From Squalus acanthias (taxonomy: Eukaryota): 64,000 nt of DNA. The notes beneath the pieces are model-generated. The model saw only the letters and a program-made list of their open reading frames with translations, had not been told where the DNA came from and ran no database searches. A program made the position numbers and the translations under genes. Positions 27,788 through 41,020 of this stretch are shown here, one piece after another; the first letter of the stretch is position 1; every line of letters begins with the position of its first letter. Location of the stretch: contig CM059441.1 of the NCBI GenBank assembly GCA_030390025.1, positions 17,794,001 to 17,858,000 of the forward strand, written 5' to 3'.

Positions 27788-28190
27788 GTTCACTAGATTG
27801 ATCCCTGGGACGAGAGGGTTGTCCTTTGGGGGGCAAGATTGAGTAGATTGGGCCTATAATCCCTGGAGTCTAGAAGAATGAGAGGTGATCTCATTGAAAC
27901 CTAAGATTCTGAGGGGGATTGACAGGGTAGATGCTTCCCTTGGCTGGAGAGTCTAGAACTGGAGGACATAGTCTCAGGGTAAGGGATCGGCCATTTAAGA
28001 CTGAGCGGAGGAGGAATTTCTTCACTCAAAGGGTTGTGAATCTTTGGAATTCTCTATCCCAAAGGCCTGTGGATGCTGAAAAGTTGTGTATATTCAAGGC
28101 TGCGATAGATAGATTTTTGGACTCTTGGGGAATCGAGGGATATGGGGATAGGGTAGGAAAGTGGAGTTGAGGTCAAATATCAAATTGAAA

Positions 28191-28495
28191 GGGCAACACG
28201 GTGGCATAGTGGTTAGCACTGGTGCCTCACAGCGCCAGGGACCCGGGTTCGAATCTGGCCTCGGGTGACTGTGTGGAGTTTGCACATTCTCCCCGTGTCT
28301 GCGTGGGTTTCCTCCGGGTCCCACAGTCCAAAAATGTGCGGGTTAGGTTGATTTGGCTATGATAAATTGACCCTTAGTGTTAGGGGGGGATTAAATATGT
28401 GGGGTTACGGGGATAGGATGGGATATGTTAGGGGGAATTAAATACGTGGGGTTACGGGGATAGGGTGGGATATGTGTCGGTGCAGGCTCGATGGG
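28191..28495 (+). mobile_element. HE1-like V-SINE (tRNA-derived)
   Basis: A-box tggcatagtgg, B-box gggttcgaatc, V-domain tgtgtggagtttgcacattctccccgtgtctgcgtgggtttcctccggg. Confidence 0.88.
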
Positions 28496-29032
28496 GATTC
28501 TGAGTGAGAAAGCAGGGACAGGGTACTGGATTTGGATGATCAGCCATGATCGTATTGAATGGTGGAGCAGGCTCGAGGGGCTGTATGGCCCACTCCTGCT
28601 CCTATTTCTTATGTTCTTATGAAATTGGTGAAGGTTCTACTGTTGATCACAGTCCTGTTGGAAAGTCCACATGATGAGTTTGTCATGTGAGAACCGGGGT
28701 GGGTTTTACTTAGAAATTCCACTGACGTCGCACTTTGTTGTGACATGGAGTTATGAGCAGGTTCCATTTTGGTTAAGGGATAGACCAGATAAGCTCTGCC
28801 GGCAGCCACAGTCAATGAGTTAGTGTCGGTTCTGGAGTAATGCTGGCAGTGTGCTTGTCTTCTCAGTCAAGACAGGGCAGGCAATGAATGGTAAAACTGG
28901 ATAGGGAATTAAAGTGACCTTAGTGAATAAAATGTGGCCCATGATGTAATTCCTCTTGCATTTGTGATCCAGGAAACAAACTTTACTCAAACCTCTTAAG
29001 AGTGTGTTGAATTTAATTCTGTCCTTTTTTAA

Positions 29033-29308
<276 letters not shown>

Positions 29309-30019
29309 TAAACTTGAGTGAAGCAATTAACATGATGCCATGCAAATATCCTGGGGGAAGTGATTTATTTTTGTCACAAGGCAACTCTCTACAATGGTAA
29401 AACCCCAATATACACAACTTCTCATTCAGTGTTACCATTCGATCCTGTTTACCGATCTGTAAGCAAAAATCAATTGCTGCTTTTAAAATTTCTTTTTAAA
29501 ATCAACATTAGTGCTGTCAGATGTTCTGACAATGTGATCAAGTGCTATACAACTGCAAGTATTTCAGTTGAAGCCGTTTAATTGTATCATTTTTCTCCAA
29601 CTACTAAATACATGCTGCTCCCAGTGCCTGCCCAGCCAGATCAAACCTAATATGCCAATGTACCCTCCCACAAGCACTGTGCAAAGTGTACGTCTCCAGG
29701 AAAATATAAATGTATGTGAACTCCTGCGAAAATTAATTTTAAAGGTCATATTCATCACGGCTGTAGAGACCGCAGCCATTATTTAAACTTATAAATCAAA
29801 TAAGCCAAGGCATTTCCAGCTTTAAAAATAAATTTAGAATGGCAATTGCACTGAGGCATATAGAACATGCAATTATAATGCCAAAATCAGCAATCTGGGT
29901 GAGTATAACAGCAGACTGATGGCCAGTGTCAGCAATGATACTGATTCCACTGTGAATTCTTTAACCTTTGTAATCAAGTAATAGAAATGGAAAGTAGATC
30001 AAACTAGCTAAGACATGTA

Positions 30020-30545
30020 GGAGCCTTGGTCATACCCCATCTGGAGTACTGCATTCAGTTCTTGGCACCGAGCCACTGGAAAGATGTATTGGCCTTGGAA
30101 GGGGTACAGTGCAGATTCACCAGGATTATACCAAGGCTTAAAGGGTTAAATTATGAAGACCAGTTGCATAAACTTGGCTTGTATTCCTTTGAATTTAGAC
30201 GGTTGCGGGATGATCTAATCTAGGTGTTTCAAATGATAAAGGAATTTGATGGGGTACATGCAGAGGAACTATTTCCTCTGGTAGGGGAATCCAGAACATT
30301 ATCTTAAAAATTAGAGCTAGGCCATTTGGAAGTGAAATAGTGAAGCACTTTCTCTCTCAAAGCGTGGTGGAAATCTGGAACACACTCAACAGGCTGTGGA
30401 TGCTGGGTCAATTAAAATTTTCAAGACTGAGATTGATGGGTTTTTCTTGGGTAAGGGATGTGGAACAAAGTTGAAGTACAGATCAGCCATGATCTAATTG
30501 AATGGTGGAACAGGCTCGATGGGCTGAATGACCTCCTGTTCCTAT
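30020..30545 (+). mobile_element. Older CR1 LINE 3' fragment
   Basis: PHLEYCIQF...KDVLALEGVQCRFTR...LGLYSFEFRRLRDDLI plus tail. Confidence 0.88.
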
Positions 30546-30697
30546 GTAGGTACAGATGAGGGAATTCATTTCAGCCATCTAGTTCCGCGTTCCATGGAAA
30601 ACCAAGATCCCAGTACAGCATCCAACTGGCTCTTGAAGTTTGTGCCTCCGCTCACTTACCCGGAACATCATTCCCACTATTAAACACAGTGTTTAAA

Positions 30698-30880
30698 TAA
30701 CAACTTGCATTTATATACGCCTTTAAGATAGTAAAATATCCCAAGGCGCATCACAGGAGTGTAATCAGACAAAAATTGATGCCGAGCCAAAGAATGAGAC
30801 ATTAGGACAGGTGACCAAAAGCTTGGTCAAAGAGGTAGGGTCTTAAAGGTGAGATTTAGGGAGGGTATTCCAGAGCTTAG
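30698..30880 (-). mobile_element. L2 LINE 3' tail
   Basis: acaacttgcatttatat...cccaaggcgc.tcacagg; related to 33105. Confidence 0.7.
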
Positions 30881-31303
30881 GGTCTTTCACCAGTTTGTAC
30901 TTGTGTCCCCTGCAGTCATGGTTTATCTTGAAATAGTGGTTAGGATTAGCATTTCTATTCTACTTGGTGTCTTGCACACCTCTCATTTGACTCCTTTCGA
31001 GGTGGCCATGTTTTTCATGAGGGGTCAGTCTTATGGCCCTTCTCCATACTCGGCTTGGATGCTTCCCTTGTGCCTCAGTGAATGCAATATTCAAAGTGCA
31101 GCCTGGCCAGAGCAATATACAGTATCAACATGTTGACCGTATCGGTCTGTTTTGTTAATTACTGCTCTGTAATGATTGAACTTGGTCAATGTGGAGTTTA
31201 TCATCCCTTACAAATCTTTCAATCTTCTTACCTACCAAGTTCAGTAGCATTCATTGGGGAAAAAAAAGTTGTGTGCTTATAATAGTTCAATGTGTAAGAC
31301 ATT

Positions 31304-31969
31304 GGGGGAAAAATTTGGTTGCTTTGCGCCTCCCGTTAGCGCCAACGGGGCGCAAAGCAACTAGCGTCTGGGCGCGTCACCACCAATGTCTCCCGCGAAA
31401 TTCAGCGGGAGGTTAGCGGCGGCGGTAACCGTTAGCGCGATGACGTCATCGCCATGCGCAGCACCCGGCTCGCACCCCGGCCACGATCTTCGGTAGCAAC
31501 CCCTGACTTACCGCCGAACGCTATGTCCGACGGGGTCAGGGGGGCCTACCTGCGGCCGGGGCGGTGCTAATTAAAGGCGAGGATCCGGGCAGCCTATTTT
31601 GTTGCTGGCCACCTGCCAGCACCTGCCCCTGTTGCCGTCCCCGGCCTCCTGAGCAGCCCCACCGCGGGCTGCCGGCTGCACTCCGTGAGCCCGGCACTCC
31701 TCTTGAGTGCCGTGCTCTTTTGCCGGCACTCTGATCCCTGGTGGCCCAGCTGGGCCCCGGGTTGCGATGCGCAAGGCCCCTCCCCTTTAAGAAGGGGAGG
31801 AAGGCCTGCAGTACCGCGGCGCATAGCGCCGCAATATTCCCTCGCAGCGCCCCAAGAGGGAGGCGGGGCGCTTCCAGTAGAGCCCCGCTTCCCTCTTGGG
31901 GCGCTATTGATGAATTTCGGCTGTGGGGGCACTCATTTTTTCGGGGCGCTGCGACTCCGTTTTCCCCCC
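31304..31969. mobile_element. Harbinger-type MITE, same family end as 7922-8781, opposite orientation
   Basis: GGGGGAAAAATTTGGTT...TTTTCCCCCC termini with 3-bp TSD ATT (31301-31303 and 31970-31972); CpG-rich. Confidence 0.82.
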
Positions 31970-32496
31970 ATTGTCCTTAACTGTTGAGCTTCATATGCTA
32001 TAGTTTTACTCACTTGCAAATATGTTCTCTGCCCTTCTGTAATTCCTTGGCTGCTTAATTGGACTCACTGCTCCTTTCACCCCTGCACCCCCCTGCCACC
32101 TTTCCCATATTAATAACCTCTGCCAATTTGACCAGTTTACATTGCATCTCTATAGATCCACCAGTAGTGGCCCCAGCAATGATGCCCAAGCCACTGCACT
32201 TCGTACTGCTCACCAGCCTGACATCACTCCCTTAACTAGTACCCATTGTTCCTATATTTCAGCCTATTCCTTCTCCATCTCAAAGTTTAACGTAGGCTAC
32301 CCACTGTCTTAAGCTTGTGCAGCAACCTTTCATGTGGAACTTTATCAAAGGCTTTTTGAAAGTATCCTATCACAGAGCATTTGAATCTCCACTTTTCTAA
32401 GAATGTTGGGTAATTCAGGCTTTGTCCCTTCTCGAAGTGTTGGCTGCCATTGGCTTGGTTATTTTGATATAGGTTATCCTCAACTTTGTTCCCAAG

Positions 32497-32890
32497 TGTC
32501 TGCTTAGCTCAATGGTAGCTTTCTAATATGAGTCAGAAGGTTGTGGATTCAAGCTGCATTCTAGGACTTGATCGCATAGTCTAGCTGGGTACTGTCGGAA
32601 TGCTGCATTGTTAGAAGGGCCGAGTTTTAGGTGAGATGTTAAACCCATCTGGTTGTATGCAAAAGATTCCCCGACACCTTTATTTCAAGAAGTGGAGCAG
32701 GGCGCACTCTGTCCTGGCTGATCATCCCCCCCTCGACCAACATCACCAAAACTGATCTAACTGATCATTCATCTTTGTTTGTAGGACCTTGCTGTGTGCA
32801 AATTGGCTGCCACATTTGCCTATAAAATAAGTTTGACTACACATCAGGTGCTTTAGGGCATCCTGCAAATATGAAGAGCACTGTATAAAT
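32497..32890 (+). mobile_element. SacSINE1-like Deu-SINE, degenerate
   Basis: gctcaatggtagc...gagtcagaaggttgtggattcaag head, Deu-domain remnants, L2-like tail. Confidence 0.7.
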
Positions 32891-33104
32891 GCCACTTAAA
32901 ATAATGGAATCAATCATTAGGTTATGTTAGTTACTGGTATAAGACAAATGGGTCTGTAATTAACTAGGCTTATTTTATCATTCTTGAAATATAGGTACCG
33001 CGCTGTCTTATTTCCAATCCACTAGGACCCCCCCCCATATCCAGTTACTTCCTCATGATATTCAACAGTATTTTATGACATTGGCGCAAGTCTGTTGGAA
33101 ACTT

Positions 33105-33890
33105 CAACAACAACAACTTGTATTTATATAGTGCCTTTAATGTAGAAAACTGTTTCAAGGTGCTTCATAGAAGTATAATCAGATGAAAGTAGATACCAAA
33201 CCAAATAAGACAATATTAGGAGGGGTAACTAAAGGCTTGGTCGAAGTGGTGGGTTTTAAGTGGTGTCTTGATGGAGGAGAGATTTAGGGAGGGAATTCCA
33301 GATATTGGGGCCTAGAGGGCTGAAAGCATGGTCGCCAATGCTGGGCCAAAGGGAGTGCAGAATGCACAAAATACCAGAGTTGGAGGAATACAGATTTCTC
33401 GGAGAGTTGTAGGACTGGGGGAGGTTAGAGATGGGGAGGGCTGAGGCCATGACTGGATTTGAACACTAGGATGCAAATTTTAAATTCAAGGCATTGGGAG
33501 ACTGGAAATCCATGTAGGTCAGTAAGCATTGGGGTGATGGATGAGCGTGACTTGGTGTGGGGTAGGATAAGGTCAGCAGAGTTTTGGATGAGCTGAACTT
33601 TCTGAAGCTGGCCAGGGGAGCATTGGAATAGTTGAGTCTGGAGGTGACCGAGATGGATGTGGGTTTTGGCAGTAGATGGGCAATGTTAACAGATGTGGTA
33701 GTAGGTGGTCTTTATGACTGAGCGGTTATAGGGTCAGAAGTTCAGCTCCGAGTCAACTAGGACTCCGAGGCTGCGAACAGTCTGATTCAGCTGGAGATGG
33801 TGGTCGTGGAGGGGATGGAATCAATGGCGAGGGTACATAGTTTGTGGAGGGGGCTGAAGACGACGCCTTTGGTCTTCCAATTGCGGCTCA
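33105..33890 (-). mobile_element. L2 LINE 3' fragment
   Basis: Minus ORF ...SSNSGILCI...IGDHAFSPLGPNIWNSLP, the L2 ORF2 C-terminus; (TTG)n tail. Confidence 0.8.
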
Positions 33891-33894
33891 TGCA

Positions 33895-34280
33895 GACTTT
33901 TGTAGTGTCGTCACTATTGTAATGTAGGAAACACGGTAGCCCATTTGCTCAGATCTCACAAACCGCAATGAGAGAATGTTCAGATAATCAGTTTTAGTGA
34001 TGTTGGTTGAGGGATAAATATTGGCTAGGACACTGGGGAAAACTCCCCTGCTCTACTTTCAAATAGTGCCATGGGATCTTTTATGTCCACCTGGAAGGGA
34101 AGACGGGGCCCTTGGTTTAATGTCTCATCCAAAAGACAGCACCTCTGACAGTGCAGTGCTCCCTCAGTACTGCACTGGAGTGTCAGCCTAGGTTATATAC
34201 TCTAGTCTCTGGAGTGGAACTTGAATCCATAACCTTCTGACTCCAAGGAGAGTGTGCTACCACTGAGCCAAGGCTGACAC
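33895..34280 (-). mobile_element. SacSINE1-like Deu-SINE, well preserved
   Basis: The reverse complement gives a tRNA head (tggctcagtggtagcac...gagtcagaaggttatggattcaag) and a full Deu domain. Confidence 0.88.
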
Positions 34281-36217
34281 TATTATAACCTTTCTGTCCG
34301 CACATACCTTCCTTATTTCTTCATAGAGTAAACTGTCCTCCTATCTCTGACCCAATGGTTTATAGCAAACCCCTACAATTGCTGTAGCTCCCTTGTGTTA
34401 TGTACTTCCAGCCAGGTGATCCTGCACCAATCTGTACATTCCACCATTTCATGCAAGCATATATCTGTAAAGGATCTTTTTTCTTCTTTGATTTGATTAT
34501 TCTTGCTCCAGTTTGGTTAAGATTTTTTTAATACTTTCAAATGGCAGCCTGTCCATTATGATACCCTTTTTTTTTAAAGTATCAATCCACTAAAAGGTTG
34601 TATTCATTTTTCTGTTTCACCTGTGAGTGTTTTAAGAGTGTTGTGGGAGGAGGCGTGTAGAAATTCTTGGAAGTATATAAGGGAACTGCATGGACATCTA
34701 TATAAAAATCAGTTCACCCAAGGTACAACTGTGGTCACTTCAAATATTCTCAATTGTTTCCTTAGCCAGTACTGCGCCCACCCCCTCCAATGTGATCAGT
34801 ACATACTTTTAAAAACAAAATTGTGCACTTTTTTTCCAATTTTATTATTTGAACATTAACGCCCTCTGTTTTTCTCCCCTTTCCCAGGCCATGAATCAAC
34901 GTGTGCTTGCTCAGAGGCCTCCACCAGGGTTGAGTAATTGAGCTCTCCTGAAATTAATTCCCCCTCCCGATCCCTTAGTGAGAAAGTGTTCTTGATTGGT
35001 GCTTCCTCCAGCCCTGGAGCTACATGCCGGCACTACAGCGTGCAGTACTTCTCGTGATCCTGTGTTGACTGGATTGTCATGATCCAGATCACCGTGTGAT
35101 CGCCACAAAAAGATTTTCGATCTCAACACACCACAAAAACCAAGTTGATTATTTAACTGCTTAACGTTTTTTAAAAAGGGTGAAGAGGACAAGAACAGTC
35201 AGCTATTTAAAATTCTCCTTGTCAGGAGATTCTACTGGAGGGACAGAATGAGAGGAAGTGAATGCAAACATGACTGGCTGGCCTCACTTGAATTGAACCT
35301 TCTAATGGTTAATCTAAGAGCAGCATTGACCGGTCACTTTGAGGTTGAGTCTAGTTGGTGCCACCTTAACTGCAAGTGTAGTCAACTTGGGAGGAGATAA
35401 CTACACATCAGTTTAAGGGAAAAGTGTGTACACTTCAATGGAAAGTGCTATTGATCATTATGTTGCCAAAGTTTTGAACTTAATTGAGGCAGCTTAGTAA
35501 GCTTATGAAGCAGCTGTAATGGCCGAGTCTGGGGCTGACTTATTGCAGATTGATGTTTTGATTGTCAGGAACTTTACCATTCTTAATATTGCAGCCGATG
35601 GCACTCTCTCTCCATCAGCTACAATTAGAAATATAAACTTCTGAGCTGTTGCTGGATTTGCCAGCTTTGCTTCTGCCCAATGCTTGACTAGGAACAGCAC
35701 TGGGTGGAGAAATGGGAAGGGCGACCATGCCAGGAGGTCGGTTATAATGCCGTTCTCCTGAAACCGGCACTGCATCGTTAAAACAGAGACTAGAACCTTA
35801 AACCAAGTTGTACTGGATTCAAGCACACCTGATGAACAGCTTAATATACTTGAGTTAATGCGAGGGGAGAAAAAGAACAAAAATCGCCTTTTATTCCATT
35901 AACTAATCCAAATTTTTATTGAGGTAATCTTGTCTTTATTGATGTGGAATTTCCCGTGTTGATTGGGTACAGATTTTGGTTGGCCAACATGACATTGCTC
36001 CTTTTTATAAATTCTTTCTAATCGTTGACAAAACTGTTGTTTTGCACAATTCTGAAATATTTACTTCATATTTTGGTTTGCTCCTGTAAAGTGGACTCCC
36101 TTCTAACAAACCAAAATATGCAGGAAGTTAGAACTAAAACACTGGCTGTTCACAAAATCATAGAGGAAAAATGGGCATTACGTTTGCAAGATGTTAACTT
36201 TCAAATATTCTTTCTAG

Positions 36218-36429
36218 GTGAGAAGTTTTTTGACATTGACAGCGGGAGGAATGCTCCACTCCACTCTCCTTCCACGGAACATTACACCATTGTATTCAAC
36301 ACCTTCGTCATGATGCAGCTGTTCAATGAGATCAATGCTCGCAAAATTCACGGGGAGCGGAACGTGTTCGAAGCAATATTCCGCAACCCAATCTTTTGCA
36401 GTATTGTTGTGGGCACTTTTCTAATTCAG
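36218..36429 (+). CDS. ATP2B4: PMCA coding exon: (G)[70 protein letters not shown] (TM8-TM9)
   Basis: tttctag|GT acceptor, CAG|gtaaag donor; 212 nt, phase 1-0. Confidence 0.97.
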
Positions 36430-39201
36430 GTAAAGTATTATTCTGGTGGTTGTGTGTGGTTTTTTTTTAAATGGCGCTTTAGCTTTAAGCTCCTTTACAA
36501 ATCCATTCTGTGGGCAGCATGTCGAAATTTAAACAGGTCAGAGTGTTGTGGAATAATCAGACTAGTAATGTCAATCTCCTTCCACCCTATATTTAGTTTT
36601 ATCTTTTGCAAATTACATGTCCAAGTGCATTGAATGTAGATCATGTGTATACAATTCTATCTGCCTCACCTGAAGTTATACACTCAACTAAGGTTTCATA
36701 CAGCACCTTCCAGTTGCTTTCGCTCTGACTGATTGCAAGGTGTTGTCTGTTGGACTGTTTTCTTCTTTTTTTTTGTCCTATTAATGCCAGATTCCCCACA
36801 CACTCAGTTGAATCAATGCAGGATCAGTTTTTATTGAAACCTCATACTATCCGCAACCAGTATGAGTGCACAGGTCTTTTCATACTTCACCATTCCAGTA
36901 TGAGAGCGAGCTCCTGAACAGTGGTTCACTGGCATCCCTCATACCAAATTTCACCTTTTGAGTACTACATTGCATGCATACCACCAATAAATCATAGTAT
37001 ATCAAAGATACACATAAATGCCAACAGAATAACATCAACTAAACAAACAGGCACTTAACTATTCTAATTATTTTATTGCCGTCCTAAACTATTCCCGTCA
37101 TTTATTACCATAAACACAAGTGACGTGATTCCCGACCTGATAGGCACGCGGGTCAGCCTTCTGATCTGTGGAGATACATTTGCCTTAAAATCCCCTTACA
37201 CAAGTTACAACCCGTGCTCAGCAGAAAGTTGTTTTAACTTTTAACTCATCGTGTGCTGGTCTCATCGACAGCCCAGAAAGAACATTTGAGGTAGCCAAAT
37301 CGTGTGAACCCTCGTTCCCACACTGTCCTCTCATCCAACAGCCATTTTGAGCAAATTATTCTGCCTGAGGGGGACAAGCAGATGGACTCTACGCAGTATA
37401 GGCATAAGGTGCCTTGCACAATAATTTAAGTAGCAAACCAAAGACTAAACCTGTGAGGGACTTGTCAGGTTGGTTTGCTTAAGGCCTGGTGTGTTTCCTT
37501 AAACTGTAGTGATGTAAACATTACATTTCAATAGCAAATGCAAGCTATTATGATGCCCACTGCAGTGTGGCAGAGAACAATAGTTACTTCACTCTAAAAG
37601 TGCATATGGTTTGCATTAGGAAGCATATTTTTGTGCCCATGGCAACAGGCAGATATGTATGTAGTGCTAAACTTAATGCTCTTCTGTCCAGTGAACATTT
37701 GGGTCACCTTTAGAATAAGTTAACAGAAACTGAGAGAATGTTTAAGATTATTGAGTCTTATTTTGTATTTTGCGAGTGGGAAATTTTAATATGCAGAATA
37801 GCAGACTCTTGAAAGAACTGGCCTTTTAATGTGGCCTTACTGGAATGTTTATCTTAAACGTTTGCCAGTCATGAGATCTGGGGGTTTTTTTTCTATTAAA
37901 TCTAAGTTCCTGTAAACAACTGCTGAAATATTATTCCTGCAGGGGCTGGGCATCAAATTGATCAAGTTTGTCATTTTGAATTATTATTGCACGTATACGC
38001 ATTCTTTAAACTGATTTAATATTTGCCAGAAAAGAAAGTGGACTTTTTGAAAGAAATTTACTCCATCTGGGCCTTGAGGGGTAACTTTTGACGAATGAAA
38101 TTACAGTGGGAGAGTCGCCTGCAGGGAGTGCACATTGGGAATTCGGGAACCCCAGCCCCACGATTTCCCATTCACTCATTTTAATGGGGGCAAAAAAATC
38201 ACATCCTGATTCCCAGTATGGACTCCTAAGTGGCACAATCCCCCCCCCCCCACCGGCAGCTTGATTCTGACAAATTGACCCATTTGATTTAAATTTTAGT
38301 TGCAAGAAATTTGCACAAATTCACATTTTTGCGGCTAAAGTCACTTAATAAACACAGTCTAGAATTGTACTGCGGTCAGTGCAAACTCAAACCCAAGGGG
38401 TTTCCACACCTCAGGACTTTAATGTGCTCCTTAATCTCCCAAGTTATACTGCTGTTATGTTAATGTGCACCCAACGCCATTTCCCATCAATGTAAAAAAA
38501 AAGAAGGCAGTATAACTGCACTGGAAGAGAACTGAAGACATTGCACGGCTGTTGAGGGGTTTCTGCACCACTTGTACCTGTAATTAAAGTAGTGAGAGAT
38601 GGAAATTTTGTGGCTGACGAAAGAAGCAAAGCACTGATTTTTCTTCTTGTGCTCTGACGTTCGCTAATAGAAACATCAAAGACTTTGTTGTTCAGCTGAC
38701 AAATCTCTTCACATGCTTATTTAATTAAACCATTTATTGTGGCTTTGGACCGATGGTGAGGAACTTCCTACTGGACTGAAATATCAGTGTAAAATGTCGA
38801 ATTGAAGGTGAACAAAGTTGTTTACGTGGTAGTGAAGGGAGATTTAAATAAAATGATAAGCAGCATTTGGTCGTCTCGGGCTTTACATCAAGTGGCCTCC
38901 AATGGACTATTCTAGATGCTTAGCCCTTAAGGAATTGCAGGATGTCGTAAAACCCAGATTATAAGTAGCGCAGATATGAAAGACAAAGCCATATTTTAAG
39001 TTGCTTTTTTGCAACCCCAATAAATCGCATGGGTGTAGAGATTTTAGTTTAGAGAACTGCATGAAAGTGAGAGTTGTGCACCAGTTTTTGGGTTCCTACA
39101 TTTTGAAAACTAGTGTGCTCTGAAAATGACTGCTCATATTTTGATATGCGAGGCTCTGGTTTGACGAGAGGGGTATAACGCTTGATTTTTCTTTGCTGCA
39201 G

Positions 39202-39309
39202 ATTGCCATTGTGGAGTTTGGAGGGAAACCATTCAGCTGCTCAGGACTGACTCTTGACCAATGGCTGTGGTGCATTTTCATTGGGGTCGGCGAGCTTCTC
39301 TGGGGACAG
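39202..39309 (+). CDS. ATP2B4: PMCA coding exon: [36 protein letters not shown] (TM10)
   Basis: ctgcag|ATT acceptor, CAG|gtaagt donor; 108 nt, phase 0-0. Confidence 0.97.
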
Positions 39310-39746
39310 GTAAGTTGCTGTATTTATCCTCCACACAGCTTCAAAAGGTGGCCTGCACAACCTCGGCCAAGACCAACAGACTTTCAGTGTGTCTCAGTCC
39401 AGTTTTGATTTGGTTTGGTCTAATTCATGATGTTTTTGGCCAAGAGGGACAGTGCCCTGCCTGATGAACGTGAATTACAAGATAACCTGAGAAGGTTTCA
39501 CCACCTTAATAACCTCAGCAACCGTTTGCATTGATAGAGCACCTTTTTTAAAGTAGTACAACGTCCCAAGGCTCTTAACAGGAGCGTTCGCAGAGAAAAT
39601 TGTAACAAGGTGGCTTCAGTATATTCAGTGCCTCCCAACTGATTTGATTTGGAACATTTGCACTTTCCCTCATTCTGCCCTATAATATTCAGAATTGGAA
39701 TTTTACACGATATGCAGATTAAAGCAAGACAAAATGTTATCTTCAG

Positions 39747-39929
39747 GTGATCTCCTCAATTCCAACAAGCCGCCTGAAGTTCCTGAAGGAAGCTGGCCAC
39801 GGTACCACGAAGGATGACATCCCTGAAGGAGAGTTGATGGAGGATAATGACGAAATTGACCATGCCGAGATGGAGCTTCGCCGGGGACAGATCCTCTGGT
39901 TCAGAGGTCTGAATAGAATCCAGACTCAG
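39747..39929 (+). CDS. ATP2B4: PMCA coding exon: [61 protein letters not shown] (first half of calmodulin-binding domain)
   Basis: cttcag|GTG acceptor, CAG|gtatgc donor; 183 nt; [18 protein letters not shown] CaM-binding motif. GTTK and AEMEL match PMCA4 as I recall it; the other paralogues have AEREL. Confidence 0.97.
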
Positions 39930-40530
39930 GTATGCTGACAAACTCATAGCCCACCACAGCAATGGATCGCTGACTGGAAGCTGTCATTCCAAATGAACTA
40001 GACCACTTTGCCCCAAAAGGCTGCCAGTGCCCACTATTTTTACCAGTGTCTTTCAGTGAACTGTATATATTTTTTTGTTTTAAATAAAACAGTATTTATA
40101 TAAACTGTCCCTGCTCGAGGTAATGTCCACCCAAAGTTATACCATGTGTCTAGAACCAATCTGTATTCAAATTCTTGTTTACCTGGCCAAAAATAACCTC
40201 TACTTCAGGAATTCTACTTTTCTGTCTCTTTCCCCTCTCTTCAAATGGCTGTTACACATTTTTCATAGTGCCTTTTTTCCTTTCACTGTTCTATTCTTGT
40301 TGTGGGGCGCTTGATCTTGTCCAGTATAACTGGGACTCTACTTCATTTCATTTATTTTTATTGTGTTTTGCTTTATTTTCCTTGTCTTTCCACCCACTTT
40401 ATCTCTCCTTTCACTCCCTTTACTTTACCTCTTCCTTTTTATTCTCCGTCTCTCTCTCCCCACCCCCCTTTCTCTCTTTCCTTCTCTCCTCTCTCCCTTT
40501 CTTTCCTTCTCTCCTTTCCTTTCTCTCTTT

Positions 40531-41020
40531 CCTTCTCTCCTTCCCTCCCCCTTCTCTCCTTCCCTCCCCCTTCTCTCCTTCCCTCCCCCTTCTCTCCTCT
40601 CCTTCCCTCCCCCTTCTCTCCTTCCCTCCCCCTTCTCTCCTTCCCTCCCCCTTCTCTCCTTCCCTCCCCCTTCTCTCCTTCCCTCCCCCTTCTCTCCTTC
40701 CCTCCCCCTTCTCTCCTTCCCTCCCCCTTCTCTCCTTCCCTCCCCCTTCTCTCCTTCCCTCCCCCTTCTCTCCTTCCCTCCCCCTTCTCTCCTTCCCTCC
40801 CCCTTCTCTCCTTCCCTCCCCCTTCTCTCCTTCCCTCCCCCTTCTCTCCTTCCCTCCCCCTTCTCTCCTTCCCTCCCCCTTCTCTCCTTCCCTCCCCCTT
40901 CTCTCCTTCCCTCCCCCTTCTCTCCTTCCCTCCCCCTTCTCTCCTTCCCTCCCCCTTCTCTCCTTCCCTCCCCCTTCTCTCCTTCCCTCCCCCTTCTCTC
41001 CTTCCCTCCCCCTTCTCTCC
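40531..41020 (+). repeat. Pure-pyrimidine minisatellite, 19-bp unit CCTTCTCTCCTTCCCTCCC, about 26 copies
   Basis: Directly visible tandem array, embedded in a wider pyrimidine tract of about 40380-41145. Confidence 0.95.

Larger units (their letters stand above)
27400..28620 (+). mobile_element. CR1 LINE 3' fragment with two nested insertions
   Basis: FIARGLEYKSKEVLLQLYRAL..PHLE; RRNFFTQRVVNLWNSL; tail ttcttatgttcttatg. Confidence 0.92.

Noticed and set aside
28191-28265. tRNA-like sequence
   Set aside because: It is the head of a V-SINE and runs directly into the V-domain; it is not an independent tRNA gene. The same applies to the Deu-SINE heads.
31571-31987. Cluster of overlapping GC-rich ORFs / apparent CpG island
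   Set aside because: Lies wholly inside a TIR/TSD-bounded MITE; no recognisable protein and no evidence of a host promoter.
38078-38281. Possible small MITE (GGGTAACTTTTG...CAAATTGACCC); similar GC-rich patches at about 2800-3090 and 6540-6720
   Set aside because: TIRs are too degenerate and there is no clear TSD.
40531-41020. Regular repeat array as a CRISPR candidate
   Set aside because: No spacers, low complexity, and a eukaryotic intron context.
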